A stretch of DNA of 63,875 bases, taken from the NCBI GenBank assembly GCA_003990765.1, contig RBNJ01000015.1:1-63875 (forward strand), in the 5' to 3' direction. Shown here one piece after another: positions 11,464-26,032 of this stretch (position 1 is its first letter; every line of letters begins with the position of its first letter). The DNA is from Jimgerdemannia flammicorona (Eukaryota). A model generated the notes under the pieces. That model had not been told where the DNA came from, made no database searches, and was given only the letters and a program-made list of their open reading frames with translations. The position numbers were made by a program, and so were the translations under genes.

Positions 11464-14400
11464 GATTCCTAATTGATATAACTTTTCAGCTTATAAGAAC
11501 CTATAGTCAAACTGGATATATTTGATATAATACTAATTTCTACTACTATAGGAGAACCAGTTATCACTAGCATCTAGATAGGAAGAGAAGTAATTACCTC
11601 AAGACTTGCCAACTACTCAGTATCAGAAGGATCTCAACCAGAAACCAGTATAGTCTGAAATCCTCTATCAGATCAACTAGATAACATAGGCAGCCCTATT
11701 GGAGACTTTGAAGAACTTGCCTAAGAATTAGAAGATCTTATTACACAAGCTCAAAATCCTGTAGTCAGATACCCCACAGCAGTCCTACCAATCTCACCCA
11801 TTGAACCTTTACCACCAGCCCTTACAGAACTGGAAGCAGCTCCTTCAAGAATACCTAGACTCATTCTACTTCACCCAAGGTCTAGAATACCATCCTCAAG
11901 ATACCCAAGCACCCCCATCTCTAGTGATAGTTCAGAAAGTAAATTAGAGTCAAAATCTGAATCAGATCTAGACCAGAACCAAAATCAGAAGAAAGTGATA
12001 ACAAAATAACCACCTTACTGCCAAATTTTACAGGATGTCTAGAGGAAGATCCTAGAGAATTCCTTGATAGAATCAAGGAAATCACAGCTCTGAGAAATCT
12101 CTCAGATAAAAGAAAAATTGCCATCTACAAGGCCCAGCTCAGAGAACTAGTCAGAGGAATTTTTCACTGAACAATAAATGACCCACACTCAGAACTGATA
12201 ATATAAATACAAGTAGCAATATCCTACAAGCTGGAATATATAGCTATAGTTCACTGGCTCATCAAAAAATATACAGGAAACAAAACCTACTATAAGACTT
12301 AAGAATCTATCATGGAAATGAAGATGAATCTTAGAGAATCACCCAGAGCCTTCTTTATAAGAATCCAGAAGAGATTGTATATAGCTGAGTTCAATGCCAC
12401 CAACCAAGATATCATAGGTCTAATAATCTTCATAAATGGGATTCCTCTGAACATTGCTCAGTATGTCCACACTCTAGACATCAGAAGGTCTGAAGAGCAA
12501 GTAGATGCAGCCCAAGGATTTTTTGATATCAGACAAGGAACTATCTAGAGTAACTATGACAAGAATGATGATAAAGAAGACATCCTAGTCAAAGCCCTAT
12601 AAGGACTCTTTCAAGAACAAGAGAGATCTGAAGGAAGAAGACTAGCCAAAGAAAGAAAGAAGAATAGAAGTGAAATCTAAGACCTCAGTTCTAAGTTAGA
12701 CTAATAGGTTGGATAGATTGAAAAACTCACTATATATGAAAATCAAAGTTATCAAGATAACAGAGAATACCCACCTCAGAGGAGTCAAGATTATTCACTA
12801 AGAGATAACAGAAACTACAAGAAGATACTCTGCCTGAGATAGAGCCTAAGTCCAATGCTTCCACTGTGGACAATTTGGACACTATGCCACTAAATGTGAT
12901 AACAAAAGAAGTGACTGAAGGGACTCAGAACCACCAAACCAAAGGAATGATACTCAGTACAAGAAGACTGAAGCCCATCCTGTTGAAGATTTTGAAGAAG
13001 CAAGTAACAGTGAAGACTATAGTGACCTAGACTTATATTCTACCAAGGTTACTACCTAAAAAACAGTCTACCCAGTAGAGAAGAATTATCTAAGAAGAAG
13101 ATAAAGAACATGAAGAAGAATAAGTAGAAACATCTCCCTGGACTCTCTTATCTTTTATCTCTAAGACAAATGAGCTGCCACCAGAAGATAAAGAAATAGA
13201 GCAAAAGAACAGAAACCTACTGCCCCAAAGCCTAAAAAGAAGTACACCCTGAAGATCATGTTCAGATACATCTATAATGAAGCTTTGTAGAAGATTCAAG
13301 AAGTCAAGATGGAAGTCTCTCTCCTGCAGTTCCTATAACTGATACTAGCTGGAGTCCAAAACAAATTTCTGAGGACCACTAGGTCTAGCACTAGCTGGGT
13401 TCCCATTACATAGCAAGAGCCAGCTCCCACACCCATCCAAGCTGCAGAAAGACATGTCAGCACCTACCTATATAGAGATATTGGAGGACAAAAGGCGAAA
13501 ATCCTCATAGATACAGAAGTAGCTATCTGTATTATTGCCAAATGATTCCTGGATACCCTCCAATGGCCCATTGATAGACCATCCAACCTCAGCATCATAG
13601 TAGCAGATGGAGTCCAAACTCAACTCCTTGGAGAAGTACAAAACATCACTATCTCTCTTGGACACATTCAGTTCTCTATTTCAAAAGCTGTTGTCACTAA
13701 AGCTATTACCTATGATATGATACTTAGCACTAACTGGATGAAAGAGATGAATGCAGTTGTTAATATCAGTCAATAAGTACTCAAGTTTGACTACTGAGGT
13801 AAGAAGTACAGAGTTAAGGTGACCAGCTATGAGCAATTGAAGAAGAAGAAGAAGGTCACTATCTAGGAGGAATATATCAGTAGTGAAGAATCTATTACAG
13901 AAGAGGAGGAAGAATCTAAAGATGGAAATGATCCCAGACTCAATTCCCAAATTGACCTAGTGGATGATAGGCCAGAAGACAATGTATGGACCAAGAACAC
14001 CATCTCTATTACTATTGGAGCCATTGCAGGAGAAATCAAAGGATGCCCTACCTGTCTCAAGGGATACAAATATCCCAAGCACTCCTCTAAGATTATTGAG
14101 ACAAGGAATTCACCTGGCATAGCCTGCCCTGAGTGTAGAAGAAAAAAGAAGAAATTCAGACATGTTTCAGAGACACCTATAATTGAAGCTATAGAAGTAT
14201 AAGCAATCTGGGATCAAGAGTTATTTGAGGAAGAAGAAACCCCCAAACAGGAAGTTCCCAAACAAGAAGTATCTGAAGAAGAAGAAGTCCCTGAACTCAT
14301 TCCCTAGAATGACTCTTGCTGGACACTACCTAAAGATAATGACCCTTGAAATATTGAAGAAGGACCCAGTATAATCCCTATTATTCCTAAATAAGAAACT

Positions 14401-15121
14401 CACTAAGAGAGAGCCTTTCAGTTAGGAAGATGTCTACATCAAATAGTCTTCCACTCTCTTTGAGACTACTGCTATCAGTGCTATCTACTAGACTAATAAG
14501 AAAGACAGAGACTCTAAAGATTGGAACCCCAACTACAGTTGTATAGTCAACTATCTTCCAAGAAGTCACTACTAAGTTGCAAAGTCAATTTAGAGAGCAA
14601 GATCTCTTTACCCAGACAGAAATATACTCCTTGGCCACCCTTCCCCCAATATATAACTAAGATGGATACTGATTTCTGAAACAACAAGAGATCAATAACC
14701 AGGAACAGTATTTCCAAGTAATGAGATATTGCAATCATAGAAAACACCCAGACTGCTGAGACTGCAGATATCAGAAGATTTATCTCAGTTTTGATATTGT
14801 GATTCATACCTTGAAGAGAGGAGATAACAGAGACTAGATCCAAAAAAGTCAGACTAAGAAGCCAGGAAGAAGGACCCTTAAGATCTATAATTTAGGAAAA
14901 GACATCTTAGCTCTCATCAGATATACAATCTGCCAAGGATGGGTAGAAGATGTCACCAACTTTATGGAAGTCCTAGACTCTATAGGAAAAAGAGGAATCA
15001 ACTATCTCTGAGATCCATCTACTGGAGCCAGATGACTACACCTTAATCTCAGAGCCTGAAGACTTCCTGCTATTGGAGCCTCAGCTCAGAGATAGCCTGA
15101 ACTTAGCAAGGATGTTGCCCA

Positions 15122-15525
15122 GTATGCTCTGCTACATCCTAAGGCCAAACCTCTGACCAAAGCTCATCAAGAAGATATAGAGTATAACCTTCACAGTCTA
15201 GAGGATGAAGCCATTAAGTTTGAAAGAATACTGATTATCAGAACTGAACTAGCTATGCAGCCACTCCAAGGAACTTACATCCAACTGACCTCAAGGTCTA
15301 GACTTGCCAGATAAGAAATATCCATAGAAGGAGAAACTATTAACCCAAGATATATAGGTGAAATCAAGGTCATCCTATATAACAGTAGTATAGAATAGCA
15401 CTAAATCATGAGAGGATAGAAGATTGTCCAAGCAGTCTTCATGAAGATCAAAACCCCATAATTGTAAGAAGTCTCCAGACTGACTGAAGGAACAAGGCAA
15501 GCTGAAGGATTTGAAAGCTCAGATA
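15122..15525 (+). pseudogene. dUTPase domain, family B copy 1
   Basis: Consensus with 23190-23595: YALLHPKAKP.TKAHPED.GYDLHS...IRTGLA...GTYIQLTSRSGLARQGIS.EG.TIDPGY.GEIKVIL...RGQKIAQAVF...RQAEGFGSSD, covering all five motifs. Confidence 0.93.
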
Positions 15526-15728
15526 AGAAGGAAGTATACCTCCTTCAGATCAATCATCTCAAGAGGAATTCTCTTCAGCAAGTATATTACCAACTAGTTA
15601 AACTGCACAAGAATCTCATCCTAGAGTCTGGAGAACAAACCATCTTTGAAATCTTTACACTACCTGACCCCAGAAATCTCTTCTTCAAACTCAATGAAGA
15701 TACATATCTCAAACCTGGATATAGAAGG

Positions 15729-16284
15729 TATTCAATTTGACTTTCATTTGATTCAACTTTTATTCAGTTTGGCTTTTATTTAATTTGATTTGGTTTTCAT
15801 TTGACTTTTATTTAGTTTGACATAAGTCATGTGACTTTTAGAATCACATGCTTTAAGGATATCCAATTTGAATTGATTCAATTCAGTTCACATACTATGC
15901 TACTCACAATAAACACTCTCTTCCAATATATTAACCATATCAGAGAAACTGTTTTCACTACCACCACTACCTATGGAAGATACCAGAGCAGTCTTAGTAT
16001 CAGTAGATACAACTTCAACAAGTGTAAGTATAACCTCATTACAACAATCTAGTATGGAGAGAAGAAAAGAAAAAGAAAAAGAAAAACTACAAAAATGCTC
16101 TAAGATCTGAAAAGAATTTACAAAGATAGACAAAAATAGTGAAACTAGAGTAAAATATAATTACTGTTCAGCAATATATAAATTTATAGAAAGTTCAACA
16201 ATAAATATGTGGGACCATTTTACTTGGAGCTATAAAGTTAATCAAGCCAGAGTAATAGATTTATTTATTTCACAAGTATTATTA

Positions 16285-16334
<50 letters not shown>

Positions 16335-19113
16335 CTATTTTATTCATTATTACTTAAAATTTTCTTATTATAATAATAGCCAAAATTCAATGCACAATTA
16401 TTTCAAGAGAAGCTTATTTGCTGGATTATTCAGGATAATCAGCCTTTCACAGTTGTTGAGAATTCAGAACTAAGAGATATTTTTCACCTTTTGAAATCAG
16501 ATATTACTATTTCTTCTACTGGAATGATTCAAAATAAAATCAGATCAACTTTTGAACAAAGTTGAAATGCCATCAAAATTAAACTATAGATAAATCTTAA
16601 TAGTTTGAATCTTAATTCAAATAATCCAAATTTAATTTAATTCTAATAATCTGAATCTCATTTAATTTATTGGAAACTAGAATATACCAGGTTGAATATT
16701 CTTCACTCTTGATACATGGATATTGTCAAATATACACATATTTCTTAGAATTAATGTACATTGGAACTATCAGAATTAGTGACTCAATTCTATGTTAATT
16801 GATTTTATTGAGCTATCAGGATCTCACTCAGGTGAAAATCTTGCTGATATCTTCTTAAAGTATATTAAATACTTTGGTATACAGACAAAAGTATATATTT
16901 TTCAAAAAGAGTATTTTTGTACTTTTAGATTATTGTTTAATATTTAAAAATTATCTTACATTTCAAATTATTTACTCTAGATATTGGCTATAACAACAGA
17001 CAATATAATCAACAATAATGTTTTATTTTAAATAATTCATAAGGAGTTCAATCATATTGGCCTAAACTATCTATCAATATAACATATATATATGATATAT
17101 GGCTCATATCATTAATCTGGCTGTTCAGGATTTTTTAATCTATCTGAAGGCTAATCAAGATACTATTGATATAACTGAGGGTAGAGAAATTTCAAAACTT
17201 TGAATGATCATTATGAAGATTCAATCATCTTTACTATGTCAAGAGGAATTTATTAAGAAGTGCAAAATATTTGGACTCAAACTGAAAGAACTTATTTTAG
17301 ATATCAAAACTTAATAGAATTCAATATATTCTATAATTAAGCAGACCTTAGAATTTTCAGATATAAGTCTTTTATTTATTTTTAAATTCAATTTAAAATT
17401 TAATTCAAAATTCAATTCAAATAATATAATAAATTTATTTTCTATAATATATAGCCTTTAACTATAACTATTATCACAGATAAAGATTTAAGAAAATATG
17501 CTATTGAGAGCTACACTTGGAAAATATTGAAAGATACTGTAGAAATTCTAAAGAGCTTCAAAATGGTAACAGATCTTGCTGCTCAAGAAAAATATCCAAC
17601 AATCTATTCTACTGTTCTGATTTACAATTTCTTACTGAATATATTAGAAGAGCATGATGAGAAGATTTAAAAAACTATAGATAAGCAATTGAATACTACA
17701 AAAGAGCAATCAAATACTACAAGAGAGCAATCAAATACTATTCATCTGACACTAATGATGGCTATTGATAAGTTGAAAATATATTATTCAATAATAGATA
17801 TTCCAACTTATTGTATTAGTACTGGTAAGTAAAATTTTGAAACTCAAAAACTATATAAATTTTATATTTTCAATTTTTATATTTTCAATTTATTTTTCTT
17901 TGAATATATCAGTACTTGACCTCAGACTTAAACTATCATATTATACATCTCATGAATGAGAGTCTGAATGGATTGAGGCTGTCAAAAGAGTTGTTTATAC
18001 AACTTATAATAAAACCTACACCCCTCTCTCTAGATCAGTTTATCAAGAATGATCTAATATTATAGATAGCAAATGTAGATGCTTTAAAAGTATAGACACT
18101 TTGTGAAAGCAGGCACTTTGAAAGCTTAAGATATGGCAGACACTTCAATCTAAAATGTATAAATAAGTACTTCTGATGTGAAAATTTCTATAAAAAATAT
18201 ATATATATATATATATATTCTCTTCCTCTCCCTATATCAATCTTTATATACTTATTAAAGATCTTACCAGAGCATTGCAAAAAATGAATCAGAGAATCCA
18301 TAAAGTCTCCAGCTAGCTTAATGAAGGAAATAAGTCTAGAGTTAAATATAAGAAAATAAGAATGAAGATTACTGAGGCAATTCAAAAATTTGATCTAGAT
18401 ATAGACAAAGTATTCAAGGTCAAACCCACTACTTCTGCTATTGATCTAGACATAGATGAAGCATTTGAGGCTAAACCCACTGCCACCACTACTACTGCCC
18501 TAAATGCTGCTACCACCATTGATATTTCAGACTCAGACATTGAAGTGGAGGATAATGTACTTACCAACACTACTGCTATTAAGATTTTGGATTTAGACAT
18601 TGAAGTGAAGATCAATGATATGTTTGAAATTTCTGACAATAATACTCCAAACATTATAATTTTGAGTAATAAGGAGATTCCAGTTCCAAAAAGATATCAT
18701 CTATATATCAGTTGCTATAATTGTAGATAATATGGAAAGAAATATAGTATGATATCTCGAATCTGTCAGAAGATCAATCCCTTGACTCTGAATCTATCTC
18801 TCCAAAAAAGAGCATACAATAATACTCATCAGGCAGCAGTAGCTAGATATAAGAGAAATCATTGATAGTCTGTATCATTGATAGCCTAGCCTGTATTGTA
18901 ATCAATAAAATTTTTGTAACATTATTATTTGAATAAAGCCTCCATTTAATTTGACCCTAATTGAATTGAGGCTCTATTCAATTTGACTTTCATTCAATTT
19001 GACTTTCATTCAATTTGACTTCCATTTAACTTGAAAAAATTCCGATTTAATTCAACTTTTCAGACCTCTCATTTGATTTGACTTGATTTCATTCAATTTA
19101 TTTATGAGCACTA
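15729..19113 (+). mobile_element. hAT DNA transposon 1 (intron-containing transposase pseudogene; left TIR lost)
   Basis: BED-finger remnant ~16150-16220, WIIQDNQPFTVVEN ~16420, FTLD.W ~16705, HSGENLA ~16825, TTDN ~16995, AHIINLAVQD ~17100, LD(P)RLK ~17915. TTCAATTTGACT subterminal repeats at both ends; terminal GAGCACTA at 19113. Confidence 0.88.
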
Positions 19114-19164
19114 GTTATACATAAGGAATACCCATGCCATATATATATAATTACCACCATATCC

Positions 19165-19310
<146 letters not shown>

Positions 19311-22300
19311 TAAGGAAATTGACTGTAGATACATATTCAGCTTTGACTATTATACTACTAAACACCAAGGACCTCAGGAATCTTAGAACATTTTGTTACT
19401 TTTTGATAAAGTGACTAGAGGCTCAAGCCAAACTACATCAATCTCTAACTTTGTAATTTGCCTCTATTGAGCCAGGCATATTATATTTGGAGACTCAACT
19501 AGGAAGATTTCAAATCAATATGACTTTTCAGCTCACAAAAACCTATAGTCAAACTGGATACATTTGATATAATACTAATTTCTGCTACTACAGAAGAACT
19601 AGTTATTATCAGTATCTGGATAGAAAGAGAAGTAATTATCTCAAGACTTGCCAACTACTCAGTATCAGAAGGATTCCAATCAGAGACCAGTATAGTCCAT
19701 AATTCTCAACCAGATCAACTAGACAATATAGGCAGCCTGTTGGAGACTTTGAAGATCTTATTGTATAAGCTCAAAATTCTGCAGCCAGATACCCCACAGC
19801 AGTCCCACCAATCTTATTTATTGAATCTTTACCCAGCTCTTACAGAACTGAAGCAGCTTCTTCAAGAATACCTAGGCTCATTCCACTTTGCCCAAGGTCC
19901 AGAACACTATCCTCAAGATATCCAAGTACCCCCATCTCTAGTGATAGTTCAGAAAGTGAATCAGAGTTAGAATCCAAATCAGAATCTGAACCAGAACCAG
20001 AATCAGAAGAAAGTGACAATAAAATAGCTACCTTACTACCAACCTTTGCAGAATATCCAGAGGAAGATCCTAGAGAATTCCTTGATGAAATCAAGAGAAT
20101 TGTAGCTCTGAGAAATCTCTCAGATGAAAGGAAAATCACCATCTATAAGGCCCAGCTCAGAGAACTAGTCAGAGAAATTTTCCACTAAATAACAAATGAC
20201 TCATACTCAGAACTGGCAATACAAATATAAGCAGTAGCATTCTATGAGCTAGAATATATAACTATGGTCTACTGGCTCATTAAAAAATATGCAGGAAATA
20301 AAATCTACTATAAGACTTAAGAATCTATTATAGAGATGAAGATAAATCTTAGAGAATCACCCAGAGTCTTCTTTATAAGAATTCAGAAGAGAATGCATAT
20401 AGCTGGGTTCAATACCATCAACCAAGACATCATAGGTCCAATGATCTTCATAAATGAGATTCCCCTGAACATTGCCCAGCATGTTCATATACTAGGTATC
20501 AAAAGGTCTGAAGAGTAAGTAGATGCAGCCCAAGGATTCTTTAATGTCAGACAAGAAACTATCTAGAGTGATCATAATAAGAAGGATGATAAAGAAGACA
20601 TTCTGGTCAAAGCCCTACAAGGACTTCTTTAAGGATAAGAAATATCTGAAGAAAGAAGATCAGCTAAGGAAGAAAAGAAGGACAGAAGTAAAATCCAAGA
20701 CTTTAGTTCCAAGTTGGACCAATTGGTTGGACAGATTGAAAAACTCACCATTTGCAAAAATCAGAGTTATCAAGACAACAGAGGATCTCCACCTCAGAGG
20801 AGCCAAGGTTTATCCACCAAGAGATAACAGGAACTACCAGTAAGAGGAAAGAAGATACTCTGTCTAAGACAGAGCCCAAGTTCAATGCTTCTACTGTAGA
20901 TAATTTAGACACTATACTACTGAATGTAACAATAAAAGAAGTAACCAAAGGGACTCAGAACCACCAAACTGAAGGAATGACACTCAGCATAAGAAGACTG
21001 AAGCCTATCCTATTGAAGATTTGAAGAAGCAAGCAACAGTGAAGACTACAGTGACCTAGACTTATATTCTGCCAAGGTTACTATCTGAAAAACAGTCTAC
21101 CCAGCAGAGAAAAAGAAGAGATCTATAGAAAGGCCATCCAGGAATATCAGCAGAAGAATTATTCAAGACGAAATGAAGAACATAAAGAAGAACAAGTAGA
21201 AACACCTCTCTGAACTCTCTCATCTTTTGTCTTTAAGACAAATGAGCTGCTACCAGAGGATAAAGAAATGGAGCAAGAAGAATGAAAACCTACTGCCCCA
21301 AAACCCAAGAAGAAGTACACCTTGAAGACCATGCCTAGAGACATCTATAATGAAGTCTGACAGAAGATTCAAGAAGTTAAGATAGAAGTCTCTCTCCTGC
21401 AGTTTCTATAACTAATACTAGCTAAAGTCTGAAACAAATTACTAAGGACCACTAGGTCTAGCACTGGCCAGGTCCCCATTCCACAGCAAGAGCCAGCTCC
21501 TATACTCATCCAGGCTACAGAAAGACATATCAGCACCTACCTACATAGAGATATTAGAGGACAAAAGGCGAAAATCCTCATAAATACAAGAGCAGCTGTC
21601 TGTATCATTACCAAACAATTCCTGGATATCCTCCAATAGCCCATTGATAGACCATCCAACCTCAGCATCATAGTAGCAGATGGAGCCTGAACTCAACCCC
21701 TTGGAGAAGTATGAAACATCACCATCTCTCTTGGACACATTCAGTTCTCTATCTCAAAAGCTGTTGTTACCAAAGCTATCACCTATGATATGATCCTTGG
21801 CACCAACTAGATGAATGAAATGAATGCAGTTATTGATATCAGTCAACAAATACTCAAGTTTGACTATTGAGGCAAGAAGTACATAATTAAGGTGACTAGC
21901 TATGAGCAATCAAAGAAGAAGAAGATCACTATCTAGAAGGAATATACCAGTAGCAAAGAATCTACCACAGAAGAGAAGGAAGAATCCAAAGATAGAAATG
22001 ATCCCAGACTTAATCCCCAGATCAACCTAGTAGATAACAGGCCAGAAGACAATGTATGGGCTAAGAACACCATTTCCATTACTATTGGAGTCATTGCAAG
22101 AGAACTTAAAAGATATCCTATCTGCCTTAAGAGACACAAGTGCCCCAAGCACTCCTCCAAGATCATTGGGATAAGGAATTCACCTGGCACAGCTTGCCCT
22201 GAGTGCAGAAAAAAGAAGAAGAAATATAGACATATTCCAGAGACACTTGTAGCTGAAGCTACAGAAGTATAAGCAATTTGGGGTCAAGAATAATCTGAGG

Positions 22301-25300
22301 AAAGAGAAGCCCCTAAACAGGAGATTCCTGAACAAGAAGTATCTGAAGAAGAAGAAATCTCTGAACTTATCCCTGAGATAATTCTCACTGCATACTACCT
22401 GAAGACAATGACCTCTGGAATGTTAAGAAAGTATCCTACGTAATCTCCATCATTCCCAAGAAAGAAACTCACTAAGAAAGGGCTTTTTGACTAAGAAGAT
22501 GTCTATATTAAATAGTCTTTCACTCTCCCTAAGACTACTGCTATCAGTGCCATCTACTAAACTAGCAAAAAAGACAGAGACCTCAAAGACTGGAACCCCT
22601 GACCACAGTTGCACAGTCAACTATCTTTCAAGAAGTTACCACTAAGTTATAAAGTCAATTTAGAGGATAAGGTCTCTTTACCCAAACAGAAGTATACTCC
22701 TTGTCCACTCTTTCTCCAACTTATGACTAAGGTAGATATCAATTCCTGAGATAATAAGAGATCAATAACTGGGAACAGCATTTTCAAGCAATGAGATATT
22801 GTAACTATAGAAGACACTCAGACTGCTGAGACTGCAGACATTAGAAGATTCACCTCAGTTATGATGTTGTGATCCATATCTTGAAGAGAGAAGATAATAG
22901 AGATCAGATCCAAAAAAGCCAGACCAAGAAGTCAGGAAGAAGAACCCTCAAGATCTATAATTTAGGAGAAGACATCCTAGCTCTCATTAGATATAAAATC
23001 TGCCAAAGATGGGTAGAAGATACCACCAACTTCATAGAAGCTCTAGACCCTACAGAAAGAAGAGAAATCAACTATCTCTAAAATCCCTCTATAGGAGCCA
23101 GATGGCCACACCTCAACCTCAGAGCCTGGAGGCTCTCTGCTAGTGGAGCTTTAGCCTAAGAATAGTCTGAACTCAGCAAGGATGTTGCCCAGTATGCCCT
23201 GCTACATCCCAAGGCCAAACCCCTGACCAAAGCTCACCCAGAAGATATAGGATATGATCTTCATAGTCTGGAGGATGAATCCATCAAGTCTGGAAGAACA
23301 TTTATAATCAGAACTAGACTAGCCATACAGCTATCTCAAGGAACTTACATTCAACTAACCTCAAGGTCTGGACTTGCCAGACAAGGAATAACTATAGAAA
23401 GAGAAACTATTGACCCAGGATATATAGGCAAAAAAAAGATCATCCTGCACAACAGTAGTATAGAATGGTACTAAATTATAAGAGGACAGAAGATTGCCCA
23501 AGCAGTCTTTATAAAAGTCAAGACCCCACAATTACAAGAAGCCTCTAAACTAACTAAAGAAACAAGACAAGCCAAAGAATTTGGAAGCTCAGATAAGAAG
23601 AAAGTATATCTCCTTCAAGTCAACTATCTCAAGAGGAATGTTCTCCCACATATACTACCAACCAGTCAAACTGTACAAGAATCTCATCCTGGAGTCTGGA
23701 GAGCAAACCACCTTCAAAATCTTTATACTACCTGACCCCAGAAATCTCTTTTTTTGAACCCAATAAAGATATTCCAAACCTGGATATAGAAGGACATACA
23801 TTCTCTGATAAGATGAATCCAGTGCACTCCCAAGCAACCAACCAAAGTTGGGAAACCATCATATTGTCAAAAGGAACCATCATAGGATATCTGGTGTCTT
23901 TTCTCAATCAAACTCATAGAGAAGTTTATGAATTAAACTTATTGGGAAACAGCAAAAGGTCTCAGAAGAAAGTAAAGACCCCTCTGTGACCCAGGAGACA
24001 GTGAAGCCTTCTACTAACATTGGAGAAGAATTGACACCCCAGTAATGGCAATGACTAGTAGAACTCCTCAACAAATATCAAGATATCTTTACTACTAATT
24101 ATGATAACCTACTATATAACTCATCATATCACTATAGCATAAATATAGGAAATGTAATACTCATCTAGCAGAAACTCTATAGAATACCCCATCACCTAAA
24201 GATATTTGAAAAAGAGCACATTTAAGAACTCTTAGACAATAGTGTCATCTGACCCTTAATCAGCCCCTAGGCCAGTTCTATACTTATTATACCAAAGAAA
24301 GAAAGATGGAGACTCTATGTAGACTATAGGAAGCTCAATTTAGTCACTGAAAAAGATATCTACCCTCTGCTCAGAATTGATGACCTCTTGGACCAGTTAC
24401 AAGATGTCAGATACTTCAGCAGTATGGACCTTTTCACAGAATTCCATAAGATTTCCATAGACCCAAAAGACATTTAGAAGACAGTCTTTCTTGCTCTAGA
24501 AAAACTGTTTGAGTATCTCTAAATGCCCTTTGAACTTTGCAATATACTCCCTACCTTCCAGAGGATGATAAATTCAGTTTATACCCCCCTGATTCACTAC
24601 TGCTTAATTGTATATATAGATGATTCAAACATATATTCAGCAAATTTTGAAGAATACTTGCACTATCTAGAAGAATTCTTCAAACTTACCCACAAGAACC
24701 ACCTAAGACTCAATACCAAGAAATGCTATTTTGGGAAACAGAAACTTGAATTCCTTAGATTCATAGTTTCAAAAGAAGGAACCCATGCAGACCTAAAGAA
24801 AACTGAGAAGATTAACAATTGGCCAGTATCCAAGACCCCAAAGGAAATACTATCATTTCTGATGCTAGTATTCTACTATAGAAGATTTATCAAGGACTTT
24901 GCCCAAATCACTACTCCAATATGAGTCCTTCTCAAGAAAGAAGTATCTTATAAATAGACAGAATCACAAAAGAAAGCCTTCAAAGAACTCAAGAACTATA
25001 TGACTACAGCACCAATCCTTGTGTGCTCCAATCTATAAAAGCCATTCATCTTGTATACAGATACTTCCAAAGATGGCCTAGAAGTAGTTTTAGCCTAAGA
25101 AGAATTTGACCAACAATACTATATGATAGCTTATATAAGCTGAGCTACCAATCAACAGTAGATGAACTATGGTAGTACCAAACTGGAATGCCTTATAGTC
25201 ATATTAGTGGTCACTCTGTTCAAGCATTACCTTATTGGAAAAAGATTCACTCTAATCACAGACCATACAGCTCTCAAATGGCTATTTAACTGTAAGGAAT

Positions 25301-26032
25301 CTTCCAGAATCTTAGTCTACTAGATCCTTATTCTTTAGGATTACAAAATCACCATCATCTATAAAGCAGGAAAAGCTCACAACAATTTTGATATATTTTC
25401 CCATCAGCTCCAATGAATCAGAAGAAGGGTGTCCCCAGGAACTATACTCTAAAGGAAGCTCCTCAGACTATCAAGACACAAGAAGATCTCATCTGAAAAG
25501 AATATCAAAAAGCCCACCAAGGACAGGCAAACATAGAAGAAAAGCTATGAAAAATATACCAACATTGGCCCAACCTTAGAACTCAAGTCCAGGACATACT
25601 CAAGAAATGTGATATCTGTCAGAAGTACCAAAGAAGAAAGAACCATCAAGCACCACTATAACCAATTATACTACTAGGCAATATCTTTCAGAGATAGAGA
25701 GTAGATGTAATTAGACCCCTACTAATTATACTAAGAAGAAATAAGTATATTCTTATATTCATAAAATATCTGATCAAGTAACCTGAGGCTTTTCCAATAA
25801 AAATTGCAGATGCCTTAACTATTGTAGACCTTTTCCATAGACTCACACTCAGATATAGACTCCCAGAAGAACTCATCTCTGACTGAGGTACAGAATTCAT
25901 CAATAATATAATCATAAGTTATGCCCAAATTCACACTGGTAACATTCAGGTGATATAAGACTCAGGCAACACTTTCGACAATGTTTTTGGTAAAAGGCAA
26001 CTAGCAATATAGAAAGTGATGAACATACAGGT

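Larger units (their letters stand above)
10183..15726 (+). mobile_element. Ty3/Gypsy LTR retrotransposon family B, copy 1 (5' LTR, gag, PR, Zn-rich region, dUTPase; 3'-truncated)
   Basis: LTR 10183-11443 (TGTAAC...CACA), PBS at 11446, gag zinc-knuckle remnant ~12855-12900, protease ILIDT ~13500. Colinear with 19114-23790. Confidence 0.92.

Noticed and set aside
18940-19100. Regular TTCAATTTGACT repeats (also 15729-15820) as a CRISPR-like array
   Set aside because: There are no unique spacers. They sit at the ends of a hAT element and fit subterminal transposase-binding repeats.
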